In this document: in pieces, positions 25,359-38,560 of the stretch | Layout: every line of letters begins with the position of its first letter | Numbering within the stretch: position 1 is the first letter of the stretch | NCBI RefSeq assembly: GCF_009834535.1 | Contig: NC_045697.1 | Location: 105,216,001-105,280,000 of the forward strand | Length of the DNA stretch: 64,000 bases | Direction of reading: 5' to 3' | Origin: Camelus ferus | Lineage: Eukaryota | Notes under the pieces: generated by a model | The model's database searches: none | Told to the model about the DNA's origin: nothing | The model's input: only the letters and a program-made list of their open reading frames with translations | Program-made: the position numbers and the translations under genes

Positions 25359-27914
25359 AGGAATAAAAATTCTCTGTGATTCACTTCTACAAATAATGAT
25401 ATGGACCTTCACCATGACCATATATGGTCACGGAAAAAAGGAAAGTTCAATCAAATCTATTATCTCGTGAAATAAAGTAGCCTGAACAGTCATTCTTGGC
25501 TCTTCCTACAAATCTGGATGAGAGAGAGAAGGACCTCCTTCCTGAATAAATCTGAGAGGTGACCACAGGTCATTCACCTAAGATGAGGAAATTCTGCAAG
25601 TCAAGTCCAAGGATGTTTTCTCAATGGTGCATACAGCCTTTTCCAGGGATGAGATGGAATACGGGGTTAAAGAAATCTGTGTCCTGCCATGAAAGAATTT
25701 TAATAAATTCATCCTCTTGTTTTACAGGTATCAACCTAAATCCACCAACTGAACGCAGTTACAGCAAAAATCTCGTAACATCGTTTCTGCCCATTATCGC
25801 TTTACAATTGTGTACAAAGGGAGTCATAATTCTTTTCTGAATGGGAACGTAGTTAGAGAATCAAGTGCTCCAAACTCTCCTGCCCATAACCACATTCTTA
25901 TTCTGCATCTGTATTTCCTGCTCGCTGGTGGCAGAATGCTAATTTCAACTCATTTAAATGAAAGCCCCACATAATGTAGCACTCTCATTTTATTTAAACA
26001 AAACCGAGAGATAAGGAGCAAGTCAGGGATGGCCCACGAGGCTGCTCGAGCCAGCTTTCCATTATCTAACGGAATTATTAGCTATGCACGGTGACCATTT
26101 TTTTCCCTCCTCGAATGTTTTTGAATTCCGATCAGAGCTGTTACTACTGTTTCTAACTTCATACCCTTTTGCAAGCTTTCACAAGCCCCTTATTAAAGCA
26201 CTGGGAAGGCTTCCTATCTGATGCTCTGCCAGGCACTGTCCTTTTGGACACAATGCATTCAGGTTATTAGCGTGATGGACATCATTCAGCAAGCTGTCTT
26301 ACAATTTCACTGATCATCAGCTAGTAAGACTGAATTGCTGCCTTGCCCATGGCTTTTAGATTTATATAATTAACCAAAATTAGCGTGATGTTTAAAACAC
26401 AATGCCAGCCTACTCATTTATTTTTGGAAGAACACTTTCGTGAACACAATGCGTGGGCTGATTTGGAATTGCCAACTTAAACTATCAAAGTTTTCCTATA
26501 AAATGACTATACTTCAAAAATTCAGATGCTATTATGGCAAATACCAGTAAAAGAAAACTACATGATAAAACAATCAGGGGTAGTATTATTTGCACTTCAG
26601 TTTACTATTCCGGTCAACTAAGTTCCAGTATCAAATATTTCATAGTTCCTCGGGTGTGTGTTGTCAATATTCTTTATACACAGTAACTCCTGGAAAAGTG
26701 TATCATGGATTTGGTTACACAGCCCCACAAGAACATAATAGCATGCGCAAAATGACATGTATACACTCTGTCATTCAGAAGTTATTAATGTCAGACAAAA
26801 AATTTAAAAGTGCCAACCACATGTTAAACACTGTAATATAGAGTGACTGGGATCTTGGGGGAGAGCTTGAGTTTTTTCCTAAAACAGTTTTGCTTCCTGA
26901 TATCAAATTTACCGCCATAACTGACCCCTGAAGACAGATTTAATTACCTACATTTTTCACAAAGGGACTGAAGAACCAAAAACCAAAATGATTTCCATAA
27001 AAGCAAACAGTCTGTAAACAGCATGAAGAAAAGCTGAAATTAAAATCCAGTTCACCTGGCTATCTCCTGTCCCCCTAAAGCCAGTCATGGGTATTTGAGA
27101 ATTTGCTGGACCTTGGTTTGAATAATTTAAGGCAAATTCACATTTCCCCATAGCTCAAATTCTTTGTTTGGAAGTTGGTAACAGTAACACCTACCTCATA
27201 AGGATCAAGTAATACATGGATCTTATTAATTCTGTGAACAGCATGCAGCATAACTGATATGAAATAGGTGCTCTGTAAACACTAGTTCTTTCGTAATTCA
27301 TTTATAGCTATAAGTATTGAGCCAACATTAATTGAGCATGCTTAAGTGCCAGGCATTGTTCTAGGCACTGCCCACGTGGAGCTGTCATTCTAGCAGGAAT
27401 AATCAGGAAGAGGTTGGCTTGTAGCATCAATGCCAACAAGTGGCCCCTCAGTCAACTTGGCTTCATCCCCCATTCAGCACATGGCTCCTGGGTACCAGCC
27501 AGCTGCTCGGGAGCACAGAAAAAGTTGTGAGAGTTGCATTCTGCCCCGCTGCCTTCCTCTTTCTCTCTTGTTCACTCTGTCTGCTCCTTTCTTCTCTTCC
27601 TACTCCGTCTTTCAGTCTCCACCATCCATGATCTAAAATCCTGAGCTTCAAATTGTGCCAAACACAGACGTTCAGCCAGAAGGGTGGCGAGGAGTAGGGA
27701 TGGGGTGGCTTGGGGAGACAGGTCTCTCTGTGCTGCCTAAATCAGAGTGCACGGCTCTATTTTAACTATTTTATGCTTTCTTCTTAACATAGCAGGCTTC
27801 TAGTGCAAGGCTCTGATATGAATAAATAACTTTAGCACTAAAGGAAGGAATGTTTGGGAAAAAGAAAAAAGCATGATTTAAAATATGTCCCATTCTTTGA
27901 CGAATCAATGTACA

Positions 27915-28310
27915 GAAAAAGAAATGAGGGTAAAAGAGGGGTCTCTAGAAAGAAACTTACAAGACATAAAAACCAGATGGAATAGTGGTTCTTGACTGGA
28001 TCCTGGTCTGAAGAAGTCAGCTATAAAAAGGCAGTGTTGAGACATCCAAGGAAATTTTAAATATAAACTATCTATGCAATAATTGTTACATAGTACTGCA
28101 ATACTTGTTATGTGGCAAAACATGCTTTTTTAAAAAGCTGAGTACTAAAATATAGATGAAAAGCCATAACTGTCTATAATTTTACTTTTAATATACTTGC
28201 AGCTCACAAAAAGGTGACACAAACATGACAGTCAACAACTATTAAACCCTGGTGATGAGTATGCAATGTAGGTCACTTTCTATACATTAGACAGATTTCA
28301 TTAAAAATTT
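27915..28310 (+). mobile_element. Old L1 (L1MC/L1ME-type) 3' UTR fragment
   Basis: cttgactggatcctggtctgaag...ctataaaaaggcagtgttgagacatccaaggaaattttaaatat. Confidence 0.6.
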
Positions 28311-28636
28311 TTTTAAATATATGGCATATGCAATGCCTATTGGCATTTACTGGCCCTAATATGCTTAAACCTCTTTCGAAGACACAAGTTAAAAGTTAAA
28401 ACTATACACAGGTTGCTACTTTTGTACATGAAAGTTATATAATCCAATTAAAGCAAATTTTTAAAATATCAAAATGACTCACTAATCACTATAAAGAATA
28501 GATGGTTTATAAATTACATATAGTCATTACTGTGTGATGGGTCTCTACCCATGGTCTGATTTTTTTTTTAATCATACAAATAAAATTAATGGCAAATATA
28601 CACTTATGAAGATTCTAAAACCCTCAGACAACCAGG

Positions 28637-29598
28637 TATGGTAGGCCGCCTCTAAGATGCCCCCAGTGAGCCCTGTCTCCTGGTGTTCAGCCCCTGCATA
28701 ATCCCCTCCCCTCGAGCGCTGGGCTGGACCTAGAGACACACGGCACTTCCGACCATCAGAATACAGCACAAGTGATGAGATGTCACTTTGGAGATTGGAT
28801 TATAAAAGATTAAGATTTCCGGACTCCCAGCTCCTCTCTGGGTCTTTCCCTTTCTTGCTTGCTGGCTCTGATAAAGTGGGCCACCATGTGGCAAGGAAGC
28901 TGCCCTTTGGAGATCCACATGGCCTCAGAACAACAGCTTATGAGGAACTGGGGACCCAGTTGAAGAGCCTGCAAAGAAGTGAATCCTGCCAACTGCCCCG
29001 GCAGTCGGCAGTGTGCTTAGACATGGATCCTTCCCCAGTCGAGCCTTCGGGTGGCTGCAGCCTAAGAGATCCTGCGTTAGTGAGTTAGGGCTGCCATCAC
29101 AAAGCACCACAGACTCAGTGTGTGGCTTAAACAACTGCACACTTTCTCACAATCCTGGAGGCTAGGAGTACGGGACCAAGGGGTGAGTAGCTCTGGTGTT
29201 TGCTGAGGCCTCTCTGCTCAGCTTGTAGGTGGCCACCTTCTCTCTGTTGTCATCACATGATCTTTCCTCTGCACACACATTTGTGTCCAAATTCCCCCCC
29301 TTACAAAGACATCAGTCATACTGGATTAGAACTCATCCTCATTTGCTTCACTGTAACTGAATTACTTCTTTAAAAACCTTCTCTGTAAATATAGTAACAT
29401 TCTGAGGCACTGAAGAAGAGTATTTCCACGTATGAATTTTGGGCAGGACACAATTCAGCCTATAACAGACCCTAAAGCAAAGGACCTCACTAAGTTGCTC
29501 TTAAATTCCTGATCTCCAGAAAACACACGATAATAAACGTCGTTTCAAGCCACGAAGTTTTGAAGTAATCTGATATGCCACAACAGACAACCAAGAGT
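28637..29598 (+). mobile_element. MaLR solo LTR (MLT1E/F-like), interrupted by a nested LTR
   Basis: Starts tggtaggccgcctctaagatgcccccagtga and resumes after 29472 with aattcctgatctccagaaa...tttcaagccacgaagttttgaagtaatctg. Confidence 0.82.
29073..29467 (-). mobile_element. MaLR solo LTR, MLT1B-like, full length and nested
   Basis: Runs tg...gggctgccatcacaaagcaccacagact...ggacacaattcagcctataaca over 395 bp, with 5-bp TSD gatcc/gaccc. Confidence 0.88.
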
Positions 29599-29634
29599 TA
29601 CCACCACCCACCATCTGGGCCCAGTGAAAGACAA

Positions 29635-30190
29635 CTGCATTAAAACTTTTCATTTGAACTTAAACATAACACAAACGTTTATTCCATATTTTCCTGGTTT
29701 TGAAGGTACATATACTTGAAATGACCCATGTCCTCTGAATGCAAGTAATGGCTTAACTACCGTCATGGATGAGCCTGGAGCATATCAATCCGGTAAATAC
29801 CAGTTCCAGATTTCAAATACGTCTCTAACAGGTTCAAGTTTATCATTCTTGCTGGTACTTCCCGCCCTTACATGGTCAAAATGCAGTATTTTGAAAACTC
29901 GGAGGTTCACTGACTTCAAGACGGGATGGTCATCTTCTGCGCTCTGTCTTTGCAAAATATTTTCATGTTTGGATTTACAATAACCCATCAGAATGAGCAA
30001 TACAATGATTTTGATCATCTCTGTATTATTTATTTCCTTTCATTCAATTTGGTATATGAATCTGCCTTCAGGACTTGCCCACTTACAAACCATATCGAGG
30101 AAATTAGCATTTTTACTGCAGGATGGTACAAGTTACCACATCAGCTTTTTAGACTGACATATGCTCTTTATTCTATTTGTTAATTAAAAT
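29635..30190 (-). mobile_element. Decayed piggyBac-superfamily transposase fragment (Looper-like)
   Basis: Minus-strand translation reads ...LLILMGYCKSKHENI...FKILHFD...NDKLEPVRDVFEIWNWYLPD*YAPGSSMTVVKPLLAFRGHGSFQVYVPSKPGKYGI. These are piggyBac motifs (DKL.P.R, TVDE.L..FRG, Y.P.KP.KYGI), broken by an in-frame stop. Confidence 0.88.
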
Positions 30191-32272
30191 GAATGGTCAA
30201 CATTATTTAAAGGCCAAGAAAACATGCTCTCTTTGATTTTAGTATTTTATTTCCCCCCTGGCTAATTATAAAACTGTAACTAGATTATGGCTTAGAATTT
30301 TTTTTCCTAACAATTTCAAGAAGGTTTTTACTCATCTAAACTAGTTTGCGACAAGGAAAAAATTATGGATGACATGGAGAGTTTAGCCTTTTGATGTACT
30401 ATTTTCCAAAAATGTCTCTTTGCTTATGTTTTAGGAGATAAAAATCTGTCTTGGGGATGGCTATGCATATTGTTTTCATATGTATTATTGTTGTTGATCT
30501 CAGCTTTGGGGCTTGAAAAGCATTCCCCTCTTTTCCTGTGACTGTCAATATTTCAGTAGGCCACCGAACATCAGTCAACGAAATCCAATTCTCTTCTGCA
30601 AGCATTACCTTTTATTCCATTCTCACCTGTATATTTACATATCGTGAAGCAGCTCTGCCTGCCTTTTCTTATCTGACTTTTAAACTCTATGATCAGTGAT
30701 ATTTAGTTACTTTTTCCTTAATTTCTTAAAATCTTTTCAAAACATTAGTTTACCATTGAGCAGACCCTCAGTAGCACTGCTGTGCTCAGCTTTACGATGT
30801 AGTATTTATTTCTAGGTAATTTCTTTCCTTTGTTTGGAGTAGCCTTAATTTTCTTTCTTACACTTTCCTATGACCTTCCTGGTTTTCTAAGTCTTTCTTC
30901 TTTTGGTCTTTATTACACTCTGTCACCACTATTTCTGGACGCCATTTATAGCACAGAAAGAGTAAACTCCTTGCTTCATGTACAATGAGCTGTCATCCTG
31001 ATATTCTCTGTGAAAAGAAATCTGTTACTCTGGTTCTAGATGCACCTCTCATGGTTTATAAGTGAAATACTGTCTGGCATATACTAATGCCCACTAAGTA
31101 TCTGTTGCTTTATATAACCATATTTTAAGAAGACAGACATAAAATGCCACGTTAACATTGCTAAAGCCCTCATTATAATACACAACACATTTCTAAAATA
31201 GAAAATCCCAGAATTTGAGACATTTTGCTTTCCTGATTTATAAAGTTGGAAAGTAAGGACTCACATATAAAAACAAACTAGTTCCCCCACTCCCTGTCCA
31301 ACCATGGGAGCAGGCCAGAGTGATCCATTCCAGTTTGGCGGCCAGGGTATGAGATTTCCCTTAGACTGTGGTTTGCATGAGGGTGAGGGATCAGAATAGA
31401 GAGAATTTTAACAAGGTCTTTAAAAAAAAAACAAAAAACAGCCAAACAGCTGAGTTCTTGTCCAGCTCCCAAGTGTAGCTCTGACAGGTCTCTGGCTTAG
31501 TCAGGGCTACTGCCTGACACTGAGCAATGGAACTTAATCCTGCTATGACAGGCGAAAGTCTATAAAAATTAGGATTCAACAGATGACATTTTAGAACGTA
31601 TTTTATATACTCTGTGAAACAAGTGATTCAAAGTATATTCAGTGCCTTCTAGACACCAGAGCTGTGACAGGTAAGATACAGAGATGATATTCAGTAATCG
31701 CTGTACAGAACACTAAAACATATATTGATTTAGAGCTTTTGAAAGAATGCATGATATAAATCAAGGTTAACGATTAACTTCACGGTTACAAGACCTTGAA
31801 AAATCTCAAAATAAGAACATCCAAAGTCACGGCAAGCATTTTCCTGTTGTTTATTTAACTCAGAATTATAATAAGTAAAAACTTACACCCTCTTCCAACG
31901 AATACAATATATTACATATAATACACATTATTCACATATAATATGGATAATATCAGAACAGGGGCTGTAGAGAAGACCCAAGTAGATATAAACAGGTATC
32001 AGAAAAAGCTGAGTCAATTTATAACCGTTTATTTAGAAGATCAAATTCCTTGTGTGGGTATGTGCAAGAACTAACTTTGTTATGGGAATCCTCAGACCAA
32101 AATTGGTATCAGAATTCCCTGGATAGAAGGCTGTCTCATCACACCCGGCTGAGAACATTTTGGAGATCTAGAGAGAGCGACTGCCCGGGAACTCCCAGAC
32201 ACTGACTCTGCCAGGGACGCTAAGGCTAGGGGTGTTCCCTCCTCCAGTCCATTACTGATCAGAAATGCCCTA

Positions 32273-32316
32273 ATAACAATAACAACAATAACAACACACA
32301 CACACACACACACACA
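32273..32316. repeat. (AAC/AAT)n-(AC)n microsatellite
   Basis: Seen directly in the sequence. Confidence 0.9.
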
Positions 32317-32502
32317 TTTTTCACCTAAAGTGCTGACACTTTAAGTTATTCTCTCATCAACACGGTCGGTATTGCTCTTTGCCCTGAGAAATCTGTTCCC
32401 CATGAGTGTTTCTATGTTGGTCCTAAACCATTTAGGGTCTGGCCCATACACTCTTTCAAGAGCTGATCTGGTGAAATTACTGGTGGTTACAAGCCCCAAA
32501 CG

Positions 32503-32698
32503 GCTCTCTGGGCAAACAGAGCTAAATTCAAACAGCAGTGTCCCACTAGCCACGTGGGATCATGAGTCAAATATGTGCAGCTCTGAGCCCTGGTTTCCTC
32601 ACCCAGAAAATGGGGACAGTACCCACGTCACGGTGTGAGGACTGAGCCAAAGGCCTGGCACAGCACTGGGGACGTAATCAGCATTCAGTATTAATTTC
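32503..32698 (+). mobile_element. MIR
   Basis: ctctgagccctggtttcctcacccagaaaatggggacagtacc...gtgaggactgag. Confidence 0.8.
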
Positions 32699-33224
32699 CA
32701 ATTAGATGCCATAAACTTGGACAAGACCTGCGTGGTAGGTCCAGCCTTTATTTTTAATGAATTCCAGGTGATTTCAGCTCTATTACACATACAACTACTT
32801 CATTTTTTCCGTACACAGACAACCTGTACATAGCTTATTTTTGACAGTACCATGTTTAAATGATCACAAAACAGTCCTTTCTCCTGTGTTCTGATGTAAT
32901 TTAGTGCAAGTACCTCAACTCTGGGTAATCTAAATTTTAATCTAATACTATGATGCCTGTGCCTTCATCCTGGTTCAAGAATTCCTTTCAGAGTTCGTCA
33001 CTGGTAGAAAAATAGGTTGCTTTGTAACACCATTAATCAAATGACAATGAAATCAGCAGTCGCATATTATTTAAATAGTGACAAAATATGAAATATTAAA
33101 AGATCTTGTTAAATCTATTCATTAAAAAATGAAAACTGTGAAAGAAGATGGGGAAGGATCAACTAAATCCTACTTGGTTTTAGACATTCCACAAAATGAA
33201 AGTTTCTCTTTGAAATAAGATATA

Positions 33225-33397
33225 TCAATATCTCACAGCAACCTATAGTGAAAAAGAATATGAAAACGAATATATGTATGTATATGTGTGACTGAGCTAT
33301 TATGCTGTACGCCAGAAATTGACACAACATTGTAAACTGACTCTACTTCAGCTAAAAAAATTTTAAAAACCCAAAAAAAACCAAAAAAGCAATAAAA
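33225..33397 (+). mobile_element. L1 3' end
   Basis: caatatctcacagcaacctatagtgaaaaagaatatgaaaacg...ctacttcagctaaaaaaa, with flanking aagatatat on both sides. Confidence 0.88.
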
Positions 33398-33721
33398 GAA
33401 GATATATTGTAAGATCATCTTTTCTGGAACTCAGTATTTTAAAAATATTGATACATTAAGAAACAACTATAGAAAAAGTAAGAAAACCTGAATGAATTAA
33501 CAAGTACCTTTAAGTATGAAAGTAAGCACTGTCCGCTCCAAAATGTCCCAAAGCACAGCCCCGACCGAACGCTGTCACAGCGGGGCTCCATCCTCATGCT
33601 GATTCCCTGTATGCACCCTCTACTCCAAGGACTAAATGCACAGACCTGTCTGGTATTTCTAGTCTCTGAAGCGTTACCCACATTACCCCCTCCATCCAGC
33701 ATGCCTCTTCCTGCCATCTTT

Positions 33722-33854
33722 TTTGTTTTGGGGGAGAGGAGGTAATTAGGTTTTTCTATTTACATGTATTTTAATGGAGGTACTGGGGATTGAACCCAGG
33801 ACCTCGTGCATGCTAAGCATGTGCTTTGCCACTGACCTATACCCCTCCCCCCAC
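33722..33854 (-). mobile_element. tRNA-derived SINE (Vic-1-like, longer tail variant) with perfect 12-bp TSD
   Basis: ggaggtactggggattgaacccaggacctcgtgcatgctaagc, flanked by cctgccatcttt at 33710-33721 and 33855-33866. Confidence 0.92.
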
Positions 33855-34892
33855 CCTGCCATCTTTGCTCGTCAGAAATCCCGCCCATTTTGTAAGGTCA
33901 CGCCCAAAGGCCAGCGCCTGCACACTCCAAGATGGATGGGCTCTCCCTTCCTTACACCTTTCTGCTGGCGCTACCCTGAACTCGTCTGACACATGTCTAC
34001 CCTCTTCTATTTGAACCTAAGCTCAACAAGGACATGAACAGTCCTCTCGGCTAACTCACCCTCACTCCACCGCATCCCCCGGCAAAGGCATTTGCACGCG
34101 GCATCAGGAGATGCATCCTGAAGGGGTTGTAACCCTGGCAACTGATGCTGTCCTGCCTTCCCGTGCCAGCTGCTCATCTCCACGCAACTCAGGACCCATG
34201 GGCCAGGGCCAGACGGGAGCGAGAAATGCTTCTGAATCAACCCACTTCATCCAGAAATACAGCAAGCACAGAAAACACAGGACAAGTTTGTCCAAGTTAA
34301 TACTTTGCTTGAAACATAGAGATCCTTAATATGAGCTGAGACCTGGGGTGGGGTGGGGTGGGGAGGAAAGAATGAAGTTGGGTCACAAGACAGGACTAGG
34401 CAGAACTAGGATGAGCTTAGGAAGGTCACAAAATATCTTACTGGACTCACATCCTCCTTAAATCATTATCACAACAAACATCTACCGTTTTAAAAGATTA
34501 TTCTGAAGAATGAAAAAAGTAGTATTTTTTACTGTCAACTTACTTATCTGTGCTATGGCATCACTTAAAATGTTACTGCATTTCTGGGAATTGACCCCAA
34601 AAAAAAGCAGTATTCCTTAAGATCTATAAAAGAACCAAGATTGGAAAAAAACAAAAACATGTAATATTTTATTTTGTCCCATTATATTCAACAGTAAAAG
34701 AGAACATTGTCTAATTAGGATCTTTTATTTGTTTTCTTTCTTCACATCGAGACATTATACCTTTCAGAATCACACAATCATTGAAACTAAATGACTTCGT
34801 TCTTAAGAAAGCTGGATTGTTTTTTAATAATTCATTGCCTTTATGACTTCAATCTGCTCAGTAATGATCCGACCAATTAAAACAGCATGTGT

Positions 34893-35062
34893 GCCTATAT
34901 ATGAAATAGATAAGCAACAAGGATATATTACATAGTACAAGGAATTATACCTATTATCTTATAATAACTTTTAATGGAGTATAATCTGTAAAAATACTGA
35001 ATCACAATGCTATACACTTGGAACTCTTATTATATATTAAGTCAACTGTACTTCAGAAAAAA
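34893..35062 (+). mobile_element. L1 3' end
   Basis: aaatagataagcaacaaggatatattacatagtacaaggaattatac...tcaactgtacttcagaaaaaa. Confidence 0.85.
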
Positions 35063-36224
35063 GGATTCCAAAAGCCCTTCATCCACTTTCCCTCAGTTGT
35101 AACATTTTGCAAAACTCTAGGACAGTATCACAGCCAGAACGTCAATACAGATACAACCAAACCCCGAATCCCCAGTACTGCGAAGTTACAGTTTATGTAT
35201 ACTGGATGTAATGCTTAGGGTGTTTGGAATAACAACAACCTGTAAAAAGCATTCATTCTACTGGTCAGTTGTTTCTTTGCATAAAATGAAATAGGCAGCT
35301 GATTCAGATCTCTGTTTATGCTGTTGGAAACTTGTTATATGTTCCATTTACAACTTTCAGAGCTCCTCTGAAAATCGCCAACATGAAGAAGAGGCTATGG
35401 TTTGGAGGAATTTTAGGACAATCTTCATCTAAAACTGTGCACCTAAGAGCTCTTCTCTGAGCAAAACAGCACTTTGTGGTCTACGTGGGTACGTCTGCCT
35501 CGGAGGGGGGAAAAAGCTGGGGCTTGCAAGCCGCGAACTCGATTTGGGGATGTGAAATTAAAGACGTGTTACGACTATTAAAATGGGTGAACATTCTCTC
35601 CAGATTATGGATATTTTATAAAAATTCATAGAAGTTATAGATTCCGTCTGTGTGCTGGCTATTCCAGCTTCTGTCATTTTAGAAGCCAAGTAAGCGGCTG
35701 CTCCCAGAGTTCTCAGAAAAGAAAGACTTCTGGAGGGTACAGTGCCATGAAAGGGATGCTGAGAGCAGATTAATGAAGGGACAAAAGTTGATTCTATTTT
35801 AAAATGAAATAAGTCCACGAGAGCCATCTGGCCACCGACATGCCCCACACCACTGCCTTGTTGTTTTCACAGCGCTTTACAGTTTAGGACGTGTTTGCAC
35901 AAACAGTTATTCTGCTGCTGCCAACTGTCCTAGGCAATCTTACCGACATTTTCCCCCAAAAGGGGACATAAATCAAGTTAACTGCCCAAAGAAGCAAGAG
36001 GTAGAATAGAGACTTAGACATAGAGGCTTTTTCTGGATTGAATTAGAATTCTCTTCCTCCTGCCACATACTTCTTACATTACTCTTGGTGACATGTTGGG
36101 ACTTAGGGAAGGACGATGACTTCTTTGGTTGATTTTGAAGACAGACGCCTGGGGCATTTTAGCTTGGGGGTACAAGATGCCACAGGTGTCAGGAAGCCTA
36201 GATCACAAGGAAAATTGTGGGAAT

Positions 36225-36456
36225 CATGGGGGGGGGGAACCTCATTCATTCAACAGAAGACTGACCTCCCTTGAGCAGGAGGGAACTTCATCTGCCGCTA
36301 GACTTAAACTGTGACCTCGGCTCCGCCTGACAGCCGGTGGACTTGAATTACAACATCGCCCCCTCCCTGGGTCTCTGGCCTGATGCTCACCTTGTAGGTT
36401 TTGAACCTGACAGTCTCCATAATTATACAAGCCAGTTCCTTAAAATTAATCACTCT

Positions 36457-36492
<36 letters not shown>

Positions 36493-36528
36493 TCTATCAG
36501 CTCTGTTTCTCTGGAGAACCCTAATACA
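36225..36528 (+). mobile_element. ERVL LTR, MLT2-like, with internal (AC)n
   Basis: aagactgacctcccttgagcaggagggaa...aagccagttccttaaaattaatcactct...ctgtttctctggagaaccctaataca. Confidence 0.85.
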
Positions 36529-36544
36529 TATAGCTTTTTCTTTC

Positions 36545-36795
36545 TGCCAAAATGTGAAAACACACGTAAACATCATAAAATCTTCCCTCATATACATTAA
36601 TATGTATCTTCTAAGATTAAGAATATACCCCTACATAAACATAATTCCATTATCACACCTAAAAGTACTGGCATGAATTCAACAGTATATAACATATAGT
36701 CAATATTAAAATCGCCCCACCTGTCCCAAACGTGTCTTTTACACTTTGTTCTGATAGGGATCCAATCAAGGACTCTTTGTTGCATTCTGAAAAAT
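36545..36795 (-). mobile_element. Old L1 (L1MC/L1ME-type) 3' UTR fragment
   Basis: ccattatcacacctaaaa...gggatccaatcaaggac...gttgcatt. Confidence 0.65.
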
Positions 36796-38023
36796 CCTTT
36801 TTTTTTTTTTTTTTAAAGAAACAGACTTTTTTAAGGGGGTCCACATTCTAGTGACCTAGGATAAGCTGTTTCTGAAAGAATTCTACATAGGTGACGCTGG
36901 GTATTCAGTACTGTGTAATAGATCATCCATCTCTGATGATACGCATTAGCAATTTTAAACCACAAACTCAACACGAAGGATATACCCTTCTAGTCCAGAT
37001 TCTGTTATAATTATTCACCAAATACTTTTAAGGAGCTGGCATTTCAATCTACAACATACAGAAATGATGGGCCATGATCCCACATTTCAGATCTGTAGGC
37101 TTTTAAAGTAAAAACTTGCAAATAATGAAATAGGTCTTAATGAAGTAAAACAGCAAGATACTTCACCTCAAAGGATTTATTTATACAAACAACCGCTGGG
37201 GAAGAACCAGGAATGATGTCAGCCCGTCACCCTCCTACTCATTCTACGAAGACCAGATCCTGGTTAGTTCCCTTTAGTTTTCTGTACATTTCTTGCTTTG
37301 CTTTTGTTTGTTTTTTGTTGTTTGGAATTTTTTTAAAAAGCTAAAGAACAAGTTTATGTATCAAATCCCTGGGAAAACAAAATTCCGATATGAAGCCCAC
37401 TGAAAAAGAGAATTCTCTGAAGTCTACAGGGGAAACTAAAACCCAACCATTTCTTTCTTAGGACTTTAATGGGTTATTTGTCTGTTATTTGCTTTTTAAA
37501 AATAACTTGACTTCTTTACAGTATGAAGCAAGTAAAACGAATGTCTATACTTCATCTTCCTTTCTGCTAATGCTTGAAAATCCAGAAGAAATACAGGAAA
37601 AATACTAATCAAAGTAGAAAACAGAATGACTATTAAATGAAAACCTCTGGGACATAAGCTTCTTGACTTGGGTGAACTGAAGAAAATATGATTTTCCTTT
37701 AAAATGTGCACCAAGGATCTGCTGACCCAGGTGTATTTTGTCATCACTTTCTACACAGCATCTCCACATGTGTTTCACTTATAAAAATGTAAATATGAGT
37801 TTGAAATACAAGTGCCAACATAGATTCTGAATCGGTGGTGGTCTTTGTGTCTGTCTTTCCCTCTTTTGTTGGAGGCTGTACAGCGGTGAAAGCCACACCC
37901 AGAGTTCCTGTCCCAGGACCCTCTCTCCTGACTCACTTCTAACCTGTTATAGGACGTTTGATAAAATATTTGCACGTGCAGTCCTAGAGGGAGTGTGTTT
38001 ATTTCAATATTGAAAGACATCCC

Positions 38024-38560
38024 TATAAAGATGATGTGTGTGTGTGTATATGAATGCATATATATATATATATACATACACACACACACACACAATGGAA
38101 CACTACTCAGCCATAAAAGAGAATAAAATAATGCCATTTGCAGCAACATGGATGGACCTGGAGAATGTCATTCTAAGTGAAGTAAGCCAGAAAGAGAAAG
38201 AAAAATACCATATGATATCCTCACATGTGGAATCTAAAAAAAGGACACAAATGAACTTATTTACAAAATAAAAACAGACTCACAGACATAGAAAATGAAC
38301 TTATGGTTACTGGGGGGAAAGGGGGTGTGGAAGGATAAATTGGGTGTTCAAGATTTGCAGATACTAATTACTAGGTATAAAACAGGTAAACAACAAGGTC
38401 CTACTGTTTAGTACAGAGAACTATATTCAGCATCTTGTAGTGGCCTATAATGAAAAAGAATATGAAAAGAAATAAATATATGTAATTGTATGACTAAAAC
38501 ATGATGCTGTACACCAGAAATTGACACATTATAAACTGACTATACTTCCATAAAAAAAGA
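38024..38560 (+). mobile_element. L1 ORF2 C-terminus plus 3' UTR with (TG)/(TA)/(CA) expansion
   Basis: ORF 38038-38271 gives TMEHYSAIKENKIMPFAATWMDLENVILSEVSQKEK, the L1 ORF2 end. Confidence 0.93.

Noticed and set aside
30399..30605. 68-aa minus-strand ORF next to the piggyBac relic, as a possible transposon protein
   Set aside because: I could not match it to piggyBac or any family with confidence. It needs an HMM search.
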